A DNA stretch of 64,000 nucleotides from a bacterium (GTDB taxonomy: Bacteria; UBA8248), in assembly GCA_965221165.1 (NCBI GenBank), contig CBDCRP010000003.1, forward strand, positions 1,536,064 through 1,600,063. The letters are read 5' to 3'. Made by a program: the position numbers and the translations under genes. Shown piece after piece: positions 28,415 to 37,242 of this stretch. Every line of letters starts with the position of its first letter. Position 1 is the first letter of the stretch. The notes beneath the pieces are model-generated. The model was not told the DNA's origin and searched no databases. It was given only the letters and a program-made list of their open reading frames with translations.

Positions 28415-29209
28415 ATGACCGGAGAGGAGGCGAGCGCCGGCATGTCCGGGCATTTCGCCAGGGTGGCGGAGGTCTACGGCACGGTCCGGACCACCGATCG
28501 GGACCCGGTCCACTATATTCGCGATGCCCTGGCCGATCGGGCAAACGTGCGCGCGGCCGATATCGGATGCGGCGACGGGCGCTACGACAGGCTGCTGTTC
28601 GACCATATACCCAACCTGCACCTCGTCTGCGTGGATTCCAGCGCGCCGATGCTGGAACGCCTCTTCGATTGCCTCGCTGAGGCGCGCATCGACAATTTCG
28701 TGACCCGGTTGTCCGGCGTCAACGACTTGGCGCTCGAGGACGATTCCCTGGACGCCATCCTCACCTTCAATGCGGTGCACCATTTCAACGTTCCCGCCTT
28801 TCTGGCCAAAGCCCGGCGCGCGCTCAGAGACGACGGCCGCCTGTTCATCTATACACGCACGCCCGAACAGAACGCGGGCACCCTATGGGGGCGTTTCTTC
28901 CCGCGCTTCACCGAGAAGGAATCGCGGCTCCACACTATCAAAAGCATGGAAGCATGGATCGCCGGGACACCCGGCCTCGAAATGGTCGAGGCGAGAGTGT
29001 TTAGATATGCCCGGACGGCAAGCCTGGACCGCCTGTTCGAACAAATGCGGAGCCGGCACTACTCGACCTTTTCGCTCTATGACGAGCGGGAGTTCGAGGA
29101 AGCATGTCGTGGTTTCGACGAACGAATCCGCGACGCGTTCGATGATCTCGAGGCCATTCGATGGTACGACGAGAACATCATGCTGCACCTGGTTAGAATC
29201 GAGGTCTGA
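28415..29209 (+). CDS. Class I SAM-dependent methyltransferase
   Basis: Motif I is ADIGCGDGRYDRLL, and post-I/II is ILTFNAVHHF. An alternative GTG start lies at 28397. Confidence 0.75.
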   Translation: MTGEEASAGMSGHFARVAEVYGTVRTTDRDPVHYIRDALADRANVRAADIGCGDGRYDRLLFDHIPNLHLVCVDSSAPMLERLFDCLAEARIDNFVTRLSGVNDLALEDDSLDAILTFNAVHHFNVPAFLAKARRALRDDGRLFIYTRTPEQNAGTLWGRFFPRFTEKESRLHTIKSMEAWIAGTPGLEMVEARVFRYARTASLDRLFEQMRSRHYSTFSLYDEREFEEACRGFDERIRDAFDDLEAIRWYDENIMLHLVRIEV

Positions 29210-29233
29210 CCGGCCCCTGTCCGGGACACGGCT

Positions 29234-30326
29234 CGCCGCCTCGGTGGCCCCCATGGTGAGCGGCACCAGCCAGCACGGCCATCCGTTCAGCCTAGTCGAG
29301 ATGAGCCACTTCGCCGCGGGGGGCGGTGCCCTGACCCACAAGGACGGACAGGACAGCGCCGGGATGTACTTCACCACCACCCCCCTCATCTCCAACATCG
29401 AGACCACCGAGCAGTTCTACCCCGTCCTCTACCTCTTCCGACGGAATCTCCCGGATACCGGGGGGGCGGGCATGTACCGGGGCGGGTGCGCGGGCGAGAT
29501 CGCCTTCATCCCGCACGACATGCAGAAGGAGTTCCACGAAACCGTTCTCATCGGAACCGGTCACGAGATGCCCAACTCGATCGGGCTGTGGGGTGGATTT
29601 CCCGGCGGTACCGGACGCCACATTCTCATACGCGGCTCGGACGTTCTGGACCGAATCGCGAAGAAAGCGCCCCTTCCCGCCACCCTGGAGGAAATGGGGG
29701 GCGAGCAGGTGGTCTTTCCGCCCAAGGCGCCCCGGACGCCCTTCTACCCGGGCGAGATCTGGTACTCGAACTGGCAGGGGGCGGGCGGATACGGTGACCC
29801 CCTGGACCGCGACCCCGAGGCGGTGCATGCCGACCTGTCGGCGGGGCTCGTCACCCGCGCCTGCGCCGAAGAGATCTACGGCGTGGCCCTGGATCCAGAC
29901 GGGCGGGCGGACCATCCGGCCACTTCCGCCCTTCGGGAGCGCCATCGGGAGGCGCGGCGCGCGCGGGCGGGAGGCGGCTCCGTCCGCCCGGGCGACCCCC
30001 CGGCCCTTGCGGGAAGAGGGCTTCGGGCGAACGAGTACGTTGTCTGGGACGATGCGAATGGTGAACTCGCCTGCCGCAAATGCGGCTTCGGCTTCGGCCC
30101 CATGGACGCGGATCCCAAAGAGCGCGCCCTCTGCGAGGACGCTCCCCTCGCGGTCGGAGGGCCGATCATGGGGCAGCTCTATGACCGGGGGCGGTTCGTC
30201 TTTCGGCTCTATTATTGTCCCGGCTGCGTTTCGCTCCTGGAGTGCGAGGTTCTCCGGAAGGGGGACCCACCCGTCTGGGGCAGGCTCTCGGCGACCCGGC
30301 CCTGGCCGGGGAGAAAGAAGGTCTGA
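29234..30326 (+). pseudogene. Duplicated 3' portion of the hyuB-like gene (last ~363 codons), with no cognate 5' part
   Basis: From ...SVAPMVSGTSQHGHPFSLVEM to the stop it is identical to 25373..26465. The 518-aa track ORF 28770..30326 is an accidental upstream extension that overlaps the methyltransferase in another frame. Confidence 0.8.
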
Positions 30327-30336
30327 GGTCGAATGG

Positions 30337-30363
30337 GAAAAAGAAGCGACACTTCTTTTTTTT
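30337..30363 (+). terminator. Duplicate of the hyuB-like terminator hairpin
   Basis: Same sequence as 26476..26502, inside repeat copy 2. Confidence 0.5.
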
Positions 30364-30681
30364 CGGTCCATCGAGAGACCCTTGTTGACGTTGATGAAGA
30401 AACGGTTCCTGACACCGTTTCTTGCTACCGGTCGAATTCGCCTCGTTCAGCGGCCTTTCATTCTCTGCTCGGCTCGTATTCTTCGTTCCTTCCAGACTTC
30501 GTCCAAACCTCGTTCATCCAGTTTAATCCATTTTATATCAATTGGTTGAGCCGAATTATCCACCTCCGGCAGGTAACCCGCGACAGGGCCGGGGACGGCG
30601 CCCGGCCGCAGTGTCAGGAACCAGACAACGGACTGTCAAGAGGGCTGCTCAGCTCAAAAATGCTCCCGGATTCGGCAGCAA

Positions 30682-30728
30682 TGTGAGAAAACAATGTCTC
30701 GATTCGCAATTATTTTTGTTTCCCCACA
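30682..30728. mobile_element. TGT...ACA inverted-repeat mini-element at the end of repeat copy 2
   Basis: TGTGAGAAAACAA-tgtctc-GATTCGCAATTATTTTTGTTTCCCCACA. Confidence 0.55.
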
Positions 30729-30814
30729 CTGGCGCCGCCGGCGAGATCGCCTCACCGGCTCAAGGCGTCACTTGTTACGAGCGAGGCTGCCGCCCCGATA
30801 ACGCTCCGCCTTCG

Positions 30815-31759
30815 TCACTCCGTGAAGGACTGGTGGGTCTTCATCACGTTGTAGCTGTGAAGGTCCCGGAAAAAGCCGATCCGCGGGTGATCCTCGGGCG
30901 GGGAGTAGGGCCTGTCGAGAGCGAACGGGATCCGCTCCATCGCCTCGGCGAGCGTCCATCCGGCGCTGACGGCCCCGCGAACAGACTGGGTCACGTCGCT
31001 CAGGTATTGCATGTACCCGCCCAGGAGCTCCGGCCCCGAAATGGGGTTGTGGGCGGGTATGAGGGTTTCGACCTCGAGCGTCTGGGCGAGGCGCGCGATC
31101 GAGTTCATGTAGGTCGGCGCGTCGCTCTCCAGGGGGACGATGAGGTTTCCGCCCGTCATGTTGCCCGTCCAGGCGGCCTTCGCCTCGGGAACGTAGGTGA
31201 TGGTGTCGCCGGGGGTGTTCGCCGGGCCGAAATAGTGCAGCTCCACCACCTTTCCCCCCAGGTCGATCCGCAGGTAGTCGTCGAAGACGACGTCGGGGCG
31301 GCGCAACTCCACCTCCTCTAAAATCTTCGGGTCGTTCCCCACGCAGGGCAGCATGAAGCGCCTCTCCTCCTCGTGATAGGGAACGAGGTCCGCCGTCCGG
31401 CGGTGCTGGATGATCACCGTCTCGGCCGGAAACGCGCAGTTCCCGAAGGTATGGTCCCCGTGGTAGTTGGAGTTGACGAGGTAGCGGATGGGCTTATCGG
31501 TCACTTCGCGCACCCGTTCCTGAATCTGGCGCCCCATGGCCGGGTTGATGTGGGCGTCGACCACCAGCACGTCTCTATCACCCACGACGAAGCCGACGTT
31601 GTCCACGTTGGGGACGGAGGAAAGAAGCGCGTACACCCCCGGAGAGAGCTCCTTCGCGTCCAGCCGCGCCCCCGTCGGGTCGAGGAAGAAGGGAGTGAAT
31701 CCCTCCGGAAAATCCGCCCACTCCAGACATTTCCAACCATCCTTCGCAGAAGCGTTCAT
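30815..31759 (-). CDS. MBL-fold metallo-hydrolase
   Basis: VLVVDAHINPAMG and YLVNSNYHGDHTFGN (variant HxHxDH). 314 aa. Confidence 0.75.
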   Translation of the reverse strand: MNASAKDGWKCLEWADFPEGFTPFFLDPTGARLDAKELSPGVYALLSSVPNVDNVGFVVGDRDVLVVDAHINPAMGRQIQERVREVTDKPIRYLVNSNYHGDHTFGNCAFPAETVIIQHRRTADLVPYHEEERRFMLPCVGNDPKILEEVELRRPDVVFDDYLRIDLGGKVVELHYFGPANTPGDTITYVPEAKAAWTGNMTGGNLIVPLESDAPTYMNSIARLAQTLEVETLIPAHNPISGPELLGGYMQYLSDVTQSVRGAVSAGWTLAEAMERIPFALDRPYSPPEDHPRIGFFRDLHSYNVMKTHQSFTE

Positions 31760-31803
31760 CTCGGACTCCTTTCAGCTATCGGCTGGTATGCGCGCCTCAC
31801 CAC

Positions 31804-31883
31804 TGTAGCTGGACAAAATAATTGCAAAAGGCCTAAAAATCAACTTTTTACAGGCCATTCGCAATTATTTTTGTTTGACTACA
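31804..31883. mobile_element. 80-bp MITE-like element with ~31-bp TGT...ACA terminal inverted repeats
   Basis: The left arm is TGTAGCTGGACAAAATAATTGCAAAAGGCC. The right arm is GGCCATTCGCAATTATTTTTGTTTGACTACA. They are separated by a ~20-bp spacer. Confidence 0.65.
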
Positions 31884-31901
31884 AACAGGCGGTTTTTCCA
31901 A

Positions 31902-31931
31902 GCCATTCGCAATTATTTTTGTTCGGCTACA
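31902..31931 (+). repeat. Solo additional copy of the right-end motif
   Basis: GCCATTCGCAATTATTTTTGTTCGGCTACA, 18 bp after the 80-bp element and in the same orientation. Confidence 0.65.
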
Positions 31932-32153
31932 GCGGCGGGGAAATGCTCCACCGCGCCGCATTCCCACGTGTATACAACGCCACGGACGGTCTCAGCTCCT
32001 GAAGCATTCGATGAGGTCATGGTTCGGCGCTCTCGTTTCAATGTAAGGCCCATGCGATCCTGACAGATAGAACGGGCGCAACCGCCGGCCAAGTAAGATA
32101 ATAGACAGAGTGCCAGGAGATTTAACTCTGATTACAGCGGGCCATCGTTTGAA

Positions 32154-33845
32154 TCAGAAAACCGGCGTTTCCCGGTAGGTGCCCCAGACCGACTTCAGTT
32201 TCTCGACGATATCTCCCATTGTTGCGCCCTCGCGCACAAGTTCAACCGTGACGGGCATGATGTTCCGCGTCTCGTCCTTTGCGACGGAGACGAGCTCCTC
32301 CAGAAGCATATCGACCTTGGCGTTGTCGCGTTCGGCGCGCACCCTCCTCGTCCGCGCGATCTGCCGATCGGCGGTCGTGGAATCATAGGGATGGGTCTCG
32401 ACCTCCTGGTTTTCGTCCTCCTCGACCATGGTGTTGACCCCGATGACCGGCTTTTCACCGGATTGCTTGCGCAAGGCGGTCTCATAAGCGAAGTCGGCGA
32501 TCTGCTTCTGGAACCAGCCTTCCTCGATCAATTTGATCGTGCCGCCGTTTTCATCCACATAGTCGAGAATCTCGAAAATGCGCGTCTCGTACTCGTTGGT
32601 CAGGCTCTCGAGGTAGTAGGAGCCGCCCACCGGATCGATGACGTTGGTGACGTTTGTTTCCTCTGCAATTATCTGCTGCGTGCGCAAGGCTAGCCGCATG
32701 GCGTCCTCGGTCGGAATCGCGAACGCTTCGTCATAGCCGTTTGTGTGCAGCGACTGGCAACCGCCAAGGACTGCGGCGAGGGCCTGGAACGCGGTTCGCA
32801 CGATGTTGATCCGGTATTGCGGCTTGGTCAGGGTCGCGGCCGCGGTCTGGCAATGGAAACGAAGCCGCATCGATTCCGGGTTCTTTGCGCCAAAGCGCTC
32901 TTTCATGATCTTGGCGTAACAGCGGCGCAGCGCCCGGAACTTGGCGATCTCCTCGAACAGGTCCGCTTGCGAGACGTAGAAGAAAGCAAGCCTCGGCGCG
33001 AACTCGTCGACGTTCATGCCGATCTTCAGCACCTCCTCCACGTAGACGATCAGGTTGGCCATGGTGAAGGCGGCCTCCTGCAAAGGCGAGGAGCCGGCCT
33101 CCGAGATGTGATAACCCGAGATATTGATCGGGTTGTACCGCTTCATATTGCGGCCGCAGAAGGAGATGCAATCGCGCACGATGCGGACCGATGGCGCGAT
33201 CGGATAGATGTACTCCTTCTGCGCCATATACTCTTTCAGTATGTCCGCCTGGATGGTGCCTGAGAGCTTGTTCAGGTCGAGGCCGCGCTTCTCGGCCAGC
33301 GCCACATACATGGCGAGCAAGATCCAGGCACTGGGGTTGATGGTCATCGATACGGAGATGTTCTCGAGATCGATGCCGTCGAACAGCGCCTCCATGTCGG
33401 CGAGCGTATCCACGGCCACGCCTTCGCGGCCCACCTCGCCCTCGCTCATCGGATGGTCGGAGTCGTAGCCCATGAGCGTGGGCATATCGAAGTCGGTCGA
33501 TAGCCCTGTCTGCCCCTGCGAGATCAGATATTTGAAACGTTTGTTGGTGTCTTCGCCGGTACCGAAACCGGCGATCTGGCGCATGGTCCACACCCGACCG
33601 CGATACATCGTCGGGTAGGGCCCGCGCGTAAAGGGATAGCGCCCCGGCAGACCGATATCCTCGAGTGGCGTTTCAGCAATATCGGCAGCGGTATAGACAC
33701 GCTGCACCGGAAAATCGCCGATTGTGAAGAATTGCTCCTTGCGCTCGGCTTGTTTCTTCAGGAAGGCAGCGACCTCGTCGCTCTCCCAATGCTCGATCTC
33801 GCTCCGGAGTTTCTCAAGCGAATTTAGAGTGAACATCTCGTTCAT
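32154..33845 (-). CDS. hcmA: B12-dependent acyl-CoA mutase large (substrate-binding) subunit, HcmA-type
   Basis: GRYPFTRGPYPTMYRGRVWTMRQIAGFGTGEDTNKRFKYLISQGQTGLSTDFDMPT has Ile in RQ-I-AGF and Asp in LST-D-FD. The start is at ATG 33845 after GAGGGAG, giving 563 aa. Confidence 0.75.
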   Translation of the reverse strand: MNEMFTLNSLEKLRSEIEHWESDEVAAFLKKQAERKEQFFTIGDFPVQRVYTAADIAETPLEDIGLPGRYPFTRGPYPTMYRGRVWTMRQIAGFGTGEDTNKRFKYLISQGQTGLSTDFDMPTLMGYDSDHPMSEGEVGREGVAVDTLADMEALFDGIDLENISVSMTINPSAWILLAMYVALAEKRGLDLNKLSGTIQADILKEYMAQKEYIYPIAPSVRIVRDCISFCGRNMKRYNPINISGYHISEAGSSPLQEAAFTMANLIVYVEEVLKIGMNVDEFAPRLAFFYVSQADLFEEIAKFRALRRCYAKIMKERFGAKNPESMRLRFHCQTAAATLTKPQYRINIVRTAFQALAAVLGGCQSLHTNGYDEAFAIPTEDAMRLALRTQQIIAEETNVTNVIDPVGGSYYLESLTNEYETRIFEILDYVDENGGTIKLIEEGWFQKQIADFAYETALRKQSGEKPVIGVNTMVEEDENQEVETHPYDSTTADRQIARTRRVRAERDNAKVDMLLEELVSVAKDETRNIMPVTVELVREGATMGDIVEKLKSVWGTYRETPVF

Positions 33846-34818
33846 GGTCTCCCTCTCTTTCGAGCGTCGTCGAGAGCAATTCTTCTGCCAGAGAATAGGG
33901 ATCGCTCTCTCGGCGCATAAGCTGTTCGGCAAGTTTCGCGCTCGCCGCAGCCGTGGCAACGTTAAATCGATCATACAAAAGATTTTCGGCGGTCTTGCGC
34001 AGCCGGAATTCTGCGATGCTTTTGCGCCGCGCCCGGCCCGCATCGGTATCAGAGGTCACATCGCGATGCCGGGCAATCGCCTTCAGCAACTCGTCGAGCC
34101 CTTCTCCGGAAACAGAACTGGTACCGATCACGGGGACAGCCCAGTCGGATGGTTCGTGCCCGTGCATTCCGAGCGTCAGCATTTGCTTCAAATCGATCAG
34201 CGTCCGATTGGCGTCGCTGCGGTCGCATTTCGACACTACATGGATGTCGGCGATCTCCAGAATGCCCGCCTTGATCGCCTGGATCTCGTCGCCAAGGCCG
34301 GGCGGGGAAACCACTACCGTGGTGTGGGAAGCCCGCACGATCTCGACCTCGTCCTGGCCCACGCCAACGGTTTCCAGAATGATGACCCCAAAACCGGCGG
34401 CATCAAGAATATCGACCGCCTCGAGAGCCGCGCGCGCCATGCCGCCAGTCGCCCCGTGAGTCGCCATGCTGCGGATATAAATGCCGGGATCGGTCCCTAT
34501 GTCGCTCATGCGAATGCGGTCTCCCAGGATGGAGCCGCCCGAAAAGGGAGAGGATGGATCAATCGCAATGATGCCGACCTTCTCGCCGCTGGAACGCAGT
34601 CTTTGCGCCAGCCGGCTAACGAGTGTGGATTTTCCGCTGCCGGTTACCCCGGTTATGCCAACGACATGCGCTCGTCCGGCAAGTTTGTGAATCCGGGCGA
34701 GTGCGTCACGCGCTTCCGCCAGGCCCGACTCCGCGCGCGATATGAGGCGACCGATCGCGGCCGGCTCGCCTGTTTGAACGCGAGAAATGAGTTCCACGGA
34801 AGGGACATAGACTCTCAT
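33814..34818 (-). CDS. meaB: Mutase-associated G-protein chaperone (MeaB/ArgK family; MeaH-like in this context)
   Basis: GITGVTGSGKSTLV, AIDPSSPFSGGSILGDRIRM and VVSKCD. Confidence 0.85.
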   Translation of the reverse strand: MRVYVPSVELISRVQTGEPAAIGRLISRAESGLAEARDALARIHKLAGRAHVVGITGVTGSGKSTLVSRLAQRLRSSGEKVGIIAIDPSSPFSGGSILGDRIRMSDIGTDPGIYIRSMATHGATGGMARAALEAVDILDAAGFGVIILETVGVGQDEVEIVRASHTTVVVSPPGLGDEIQAIKAGILEIADIHVVSKCDRSDANRTLIDLKQMLTLGMHGHEPSDWAVPVIGTSSVSGEGLDELLKAIARHRDVTSDTDAGRARRKSIAEFRLRKTAENLLYDRFNVATAAASAKLAEQLMRRESDPYSLAEELLSTTLEREGDHERDVHSKFA

Positions 34819-36248
34819 CAGCGGTTTTCTTCATCCAGTTGTGTTTGCATCTCCTGGAAGACGGCCCTGTCGTCGATCACGCGGCGCGCCTTGAAATCCG
34901 TTCGGGGGATCGAGCCCGGCCCGACGATCTCCACGGCCGTCCGCAGCCCGAGCACCTTCTGCAACTGGTGCTCAACCTCGGTGCAGAACCGGGCGGCGCC
35001 GTCAGCATTGGCGAAGGTCTCGGTGTCGGTCTCGACGCGCAACTGTAACTCGTCCATTGCCGCCTCGCGGCTGATCACGATCCGGTGCTCTCCGCCATAG
35101 TGCGCAAGTTCGTTGAGCGCGGCGTCTATCTCGCTTGGATAAACATTCTCGCCGCGGATCGTGAACATGTCATCGATGCGCCCGAAAATACCGTGCGGCA
35201 GGCGCGGATAGGTCCGTCCACATGGGTTCAGTTCGTTGACCCATCGAGTCAGGTCCCCCGACGCCAGGCGGATCATTGGCTGAGAGGCGCGTTCGAGATG
35301 GGTGTACACAGGCGTTCCTCGTTCCCCGTAGGGGACCCGACGCATGGTTTCGGGATCGCACACTTCCGTGTAGACGACGTCCTGCCAGCAGAGCATTCCG
35401 TCCGTCTCGGCCGAACTTGCCACGTTCATCCACGGACTCATCTCGGCCATGGAACCGCTGTCGTAAACCTTGGCCCCGTAGAGCCCCTCGATGCGCTCGC
35501 GGATGGCCGGGATCGAGGCGCCAGGCTCACCGGAAAAGAACATGATTTTGAGCTGCATGTCGCGAGGGTTCAGGCCCTCGTCTTCCGCGACCCGGGCGAG
35601 GTGCAGGGCGTAGGTCGGCGTACCGTAGAAGGCGGTGGGCTTCAGCATGTCGAGCCATTGCACGCAGCGCGCCGACATGCCGGACGCGCCGGCGCCAAAC
35701 GGGAAAGATTTTGCACCGAGGCGTTCTGCGCCGGCGAGCGCCCCCCAACTCCCCATATAGAGAGAAAATACAGCGGCAATACAAATCGTATCCCCGGGGC
35801 GCAGACCCATGCTCCACATGATACGCGCATGCGCGTTGGCTATGGCGCGCCAGTCGCCCTGTGAGATGGCGAAGGCAGTGGGTCGCCCGGTCGTGCCACT
35901 GGTGCCATGGATGTGAAAGACATCGTCTTCGCCCACGCAGAGGTAACCACCAAAGGGCGGATTGCGTTCCTGGGCCTCGCGCAGGTCCTTCTTGGTAAGG
36001 ACCGGGACCTTCTCCTCGAAGTCCTCAAGCGACTTAAGCCGGCTCGGGTGAAAACCGGCCTCATCCCATTTGTGGCGATAGAGGGCCGCATGCTCGTAGG
36101 CATAGGCGCAGACTTGCCGAAGGCGCCCCAGGATGGCCTTCTCCCGGTCTCCCGCCGGCATCGTCTCCCGCCGGGGGAACCAGTAGCGGCTATCTGGAGC
36201 CGGCAGAAAGTTCTCGTCGTAAGCGGGTGGGAATGACCAGGACTCCAT
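34818..36248 (-). CDS. Phenylacetate-CoA-ligase-subfamily adenylate-forming acyl-CoA ligase (Hcl-like)
   Basis: FHIHGTSGTTGRPTAF, GEPGASIP and YGAKVYDSGSMAE. 476 aa. It sits between the two mutase subunits. Confidence 0.75.
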   Translation of the reverse strand: MESWSFPPAYDENFLPAPDSRYWFPRRETMPAGDREKAILGRLRQVCAYAYEHAALYRHKWDEAGFHPSRLKSLEDFEEKVPVLTKKDLREAQERNPPFGGYLCVGEDDVFHIHGTSGTTGRPTAFAISQGDWRAIANAHARIMWSMGLRPGDTICIAAVFSLYMGSWGALAGAERLGAKSFPFGAGASGMSARCVQWLDMLKPTAFYGTPTYALHLARVAEDEGLNPRDMQLKIMFFSGEPGASIPAIRERIEGLYGAKVYDSGSMAEMSPWMNVASSAETDGMLCWQDVVYTEVCDPETMRRVPYGERGTPVYTHLERASQPMIRLASGDLTRWVNELNPCGRTYPRLPHGIFGRIDDMFTIRGENVYPSEIDAALNELAHYGGEHRIVISREAAMDELQLRVETDTETFANADGAARFCTEVEHQLQKVLGLRTAVEIVGPGSIPRTDFKARRVIDDRAVFQEMQTQLDEENR

Positions 36249-36258
36249 GGATATCGGA

Positions 36259-36666
36259 TCAGCGCGCGCCGCGCTCCTCCACGAGACGGGTCAGCGTATC
36301 GATAATCGTTTGCGGTGGCGTATCCTGCAGCAACACCTCGCTTACCCCCATTTTCTTGAGTTGGACCACATCTTCGTCCGGCATAACACCGCCGGCCACG
36401 ACGATCATGTCATCGGCGCCGCCTTCCCGAAGCAGGTCGAATATCTTGGGGAACACCGTCATCTGCACACCGGACAAGAGACTTACGCCGAGCACGTCGA
36501 CGTCTTCCTGTACGGCAGCGGTCACCAACTCTTCCGGTGAGCGGTGAAGGCCGGTGTAGATCACGTCCATACCGGCGTCCCGCAGGGCGCGGGCGACGAT
36601 CTTGACGCCTCGGTCGTGACCGTCGAGACCCACCTTCGCCAGCAGGACGCGAATCGGCTGACCCAT
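36259..36666 (-). CDS. hcmB: Acyl-CoA mutase small B12-binding subunit, HcmB-type
   Basis: IRVLLAKVGLDGHDRGVKIVARALRDAGMDVIYTGL carries the DxHxxG cobalamin motif. 135 aa. Confidence 0.8.
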   Translation of the reverse strand: MGQPIRVLLAKVGLDGHDRGVKIVARALRDAGMDVIYTGLHRSPEELVTAAVQEDVDVLGVSLLSGVQMTVFPKIFDLLREGGADDMIVVAGGVMPDEDVVQLKKMGVSEVLLQDTPPQTIIDTLTRLVEERGAR

Positions 36667-36778
36667 GGGGCGTTCCTCATCGGGCTCTTATTTGTATACG
36701 AAAACGGTATTCAACCTGCACAAAAAGCACCATACTGTCAAGGGGAAACAGAATCGACCCGCAGGAAGGAATGATCTC

Positions 36779-36935
36779 GTGGACGCCCTTGCTCACCCGA
36801 AGACACTCGTCGAGCAAGCCTATGACGCCATGCTGGATGAAGTGGCAAAAAGGCTGAACGTCTCACGTCAGCCCATCACCAGCGCGCTGCCGATGCTCAA
36901 GTCCCAGGGCTTTGTTCGCGAAGCGGGGCGGCGGG
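36779..36935 (+). pseudogene. Remnant of a GntR-family regulator (HTH only, internally deleted, 3'-truncated)
   Basis: VDALAHPKTLVEQAYDAMLDE | VAKRLNVSRQPITSALPMLKSQGFVREAGRRG. About 15 residues normally found between the two parts are missing. The frame then runs into antisense arfB' sequence. Confidence 0.5.
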
Positions 36936-37242
36936 GTTTCGGGGGATTGGCGGCCTCGGCGAGGGCGGCTCTCAGTTTTTCCAGGCAATCGGCCACGTTT
37001 CTGCCCTGATCGCGAAAGCGGCTGCTCGCGATGACCACCTCGCGCGAGACGCGGCGCGGGAATTTCTCGCAAAACCTGCGCTTCACCTCTTCCGGCGCGC
37101 TCGCCGATGCGCCCATGTTCCAGCGGAGCACCGCCTTGCTCGACACCTTGTTCACGTTCTGCCCGCCGGGCCCCGAACTCCGCGCGAACTGAAAGTGGAT
37201 TTCCCTGAGCGGAATCTTGAGCCTCTCGTTCACGATGAGCAT
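36868..37242 (-). pseudogene. Diverged, 3'-truncated second copy of arfB (lacks the basic C-terminal tail)
   Basis: The first ~105 residues are about 90% identical to 21445..21864 (MLIVNERLKIPLREIHFQFARSSGPGGQNVNK...). After PPKPRRPA it reads into unrelated sequence. Its upstream ~95 bp is also shared with copy 1. Confidence 0.65.

Larger units (their letters stand above)
29234..30694 (+). repeat. Direct repeat copy 2 (1,461 bp)
   Basis: Identical to 25373..26833 as judged from identical translations in overlapping frames and from reading both junctions. Confidence 0.9.

Noticed and set aside
28770-30326. 518-aa ORF spanning the methyltransferase region and repeat copy 2
   Set aside because: The first ~155 codons overlap the SAM methyltransferase in another frame and look like noise. 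Only 29234 onward is real sequence, and it is a duplicated hyuB 3' fragment.
32154-34043. Full 629-aa extent of the mutase large-subunit ORF, and likewise the 489-aa extent of 4117..5586 and the 771-aa extent of 11381..13696
   Set aside because: The upstream extensions overlap neighbouring genes and look non-coding. Internal ATGs with SD sequences (33845, 4567 and 13609) give products of family-typical length.
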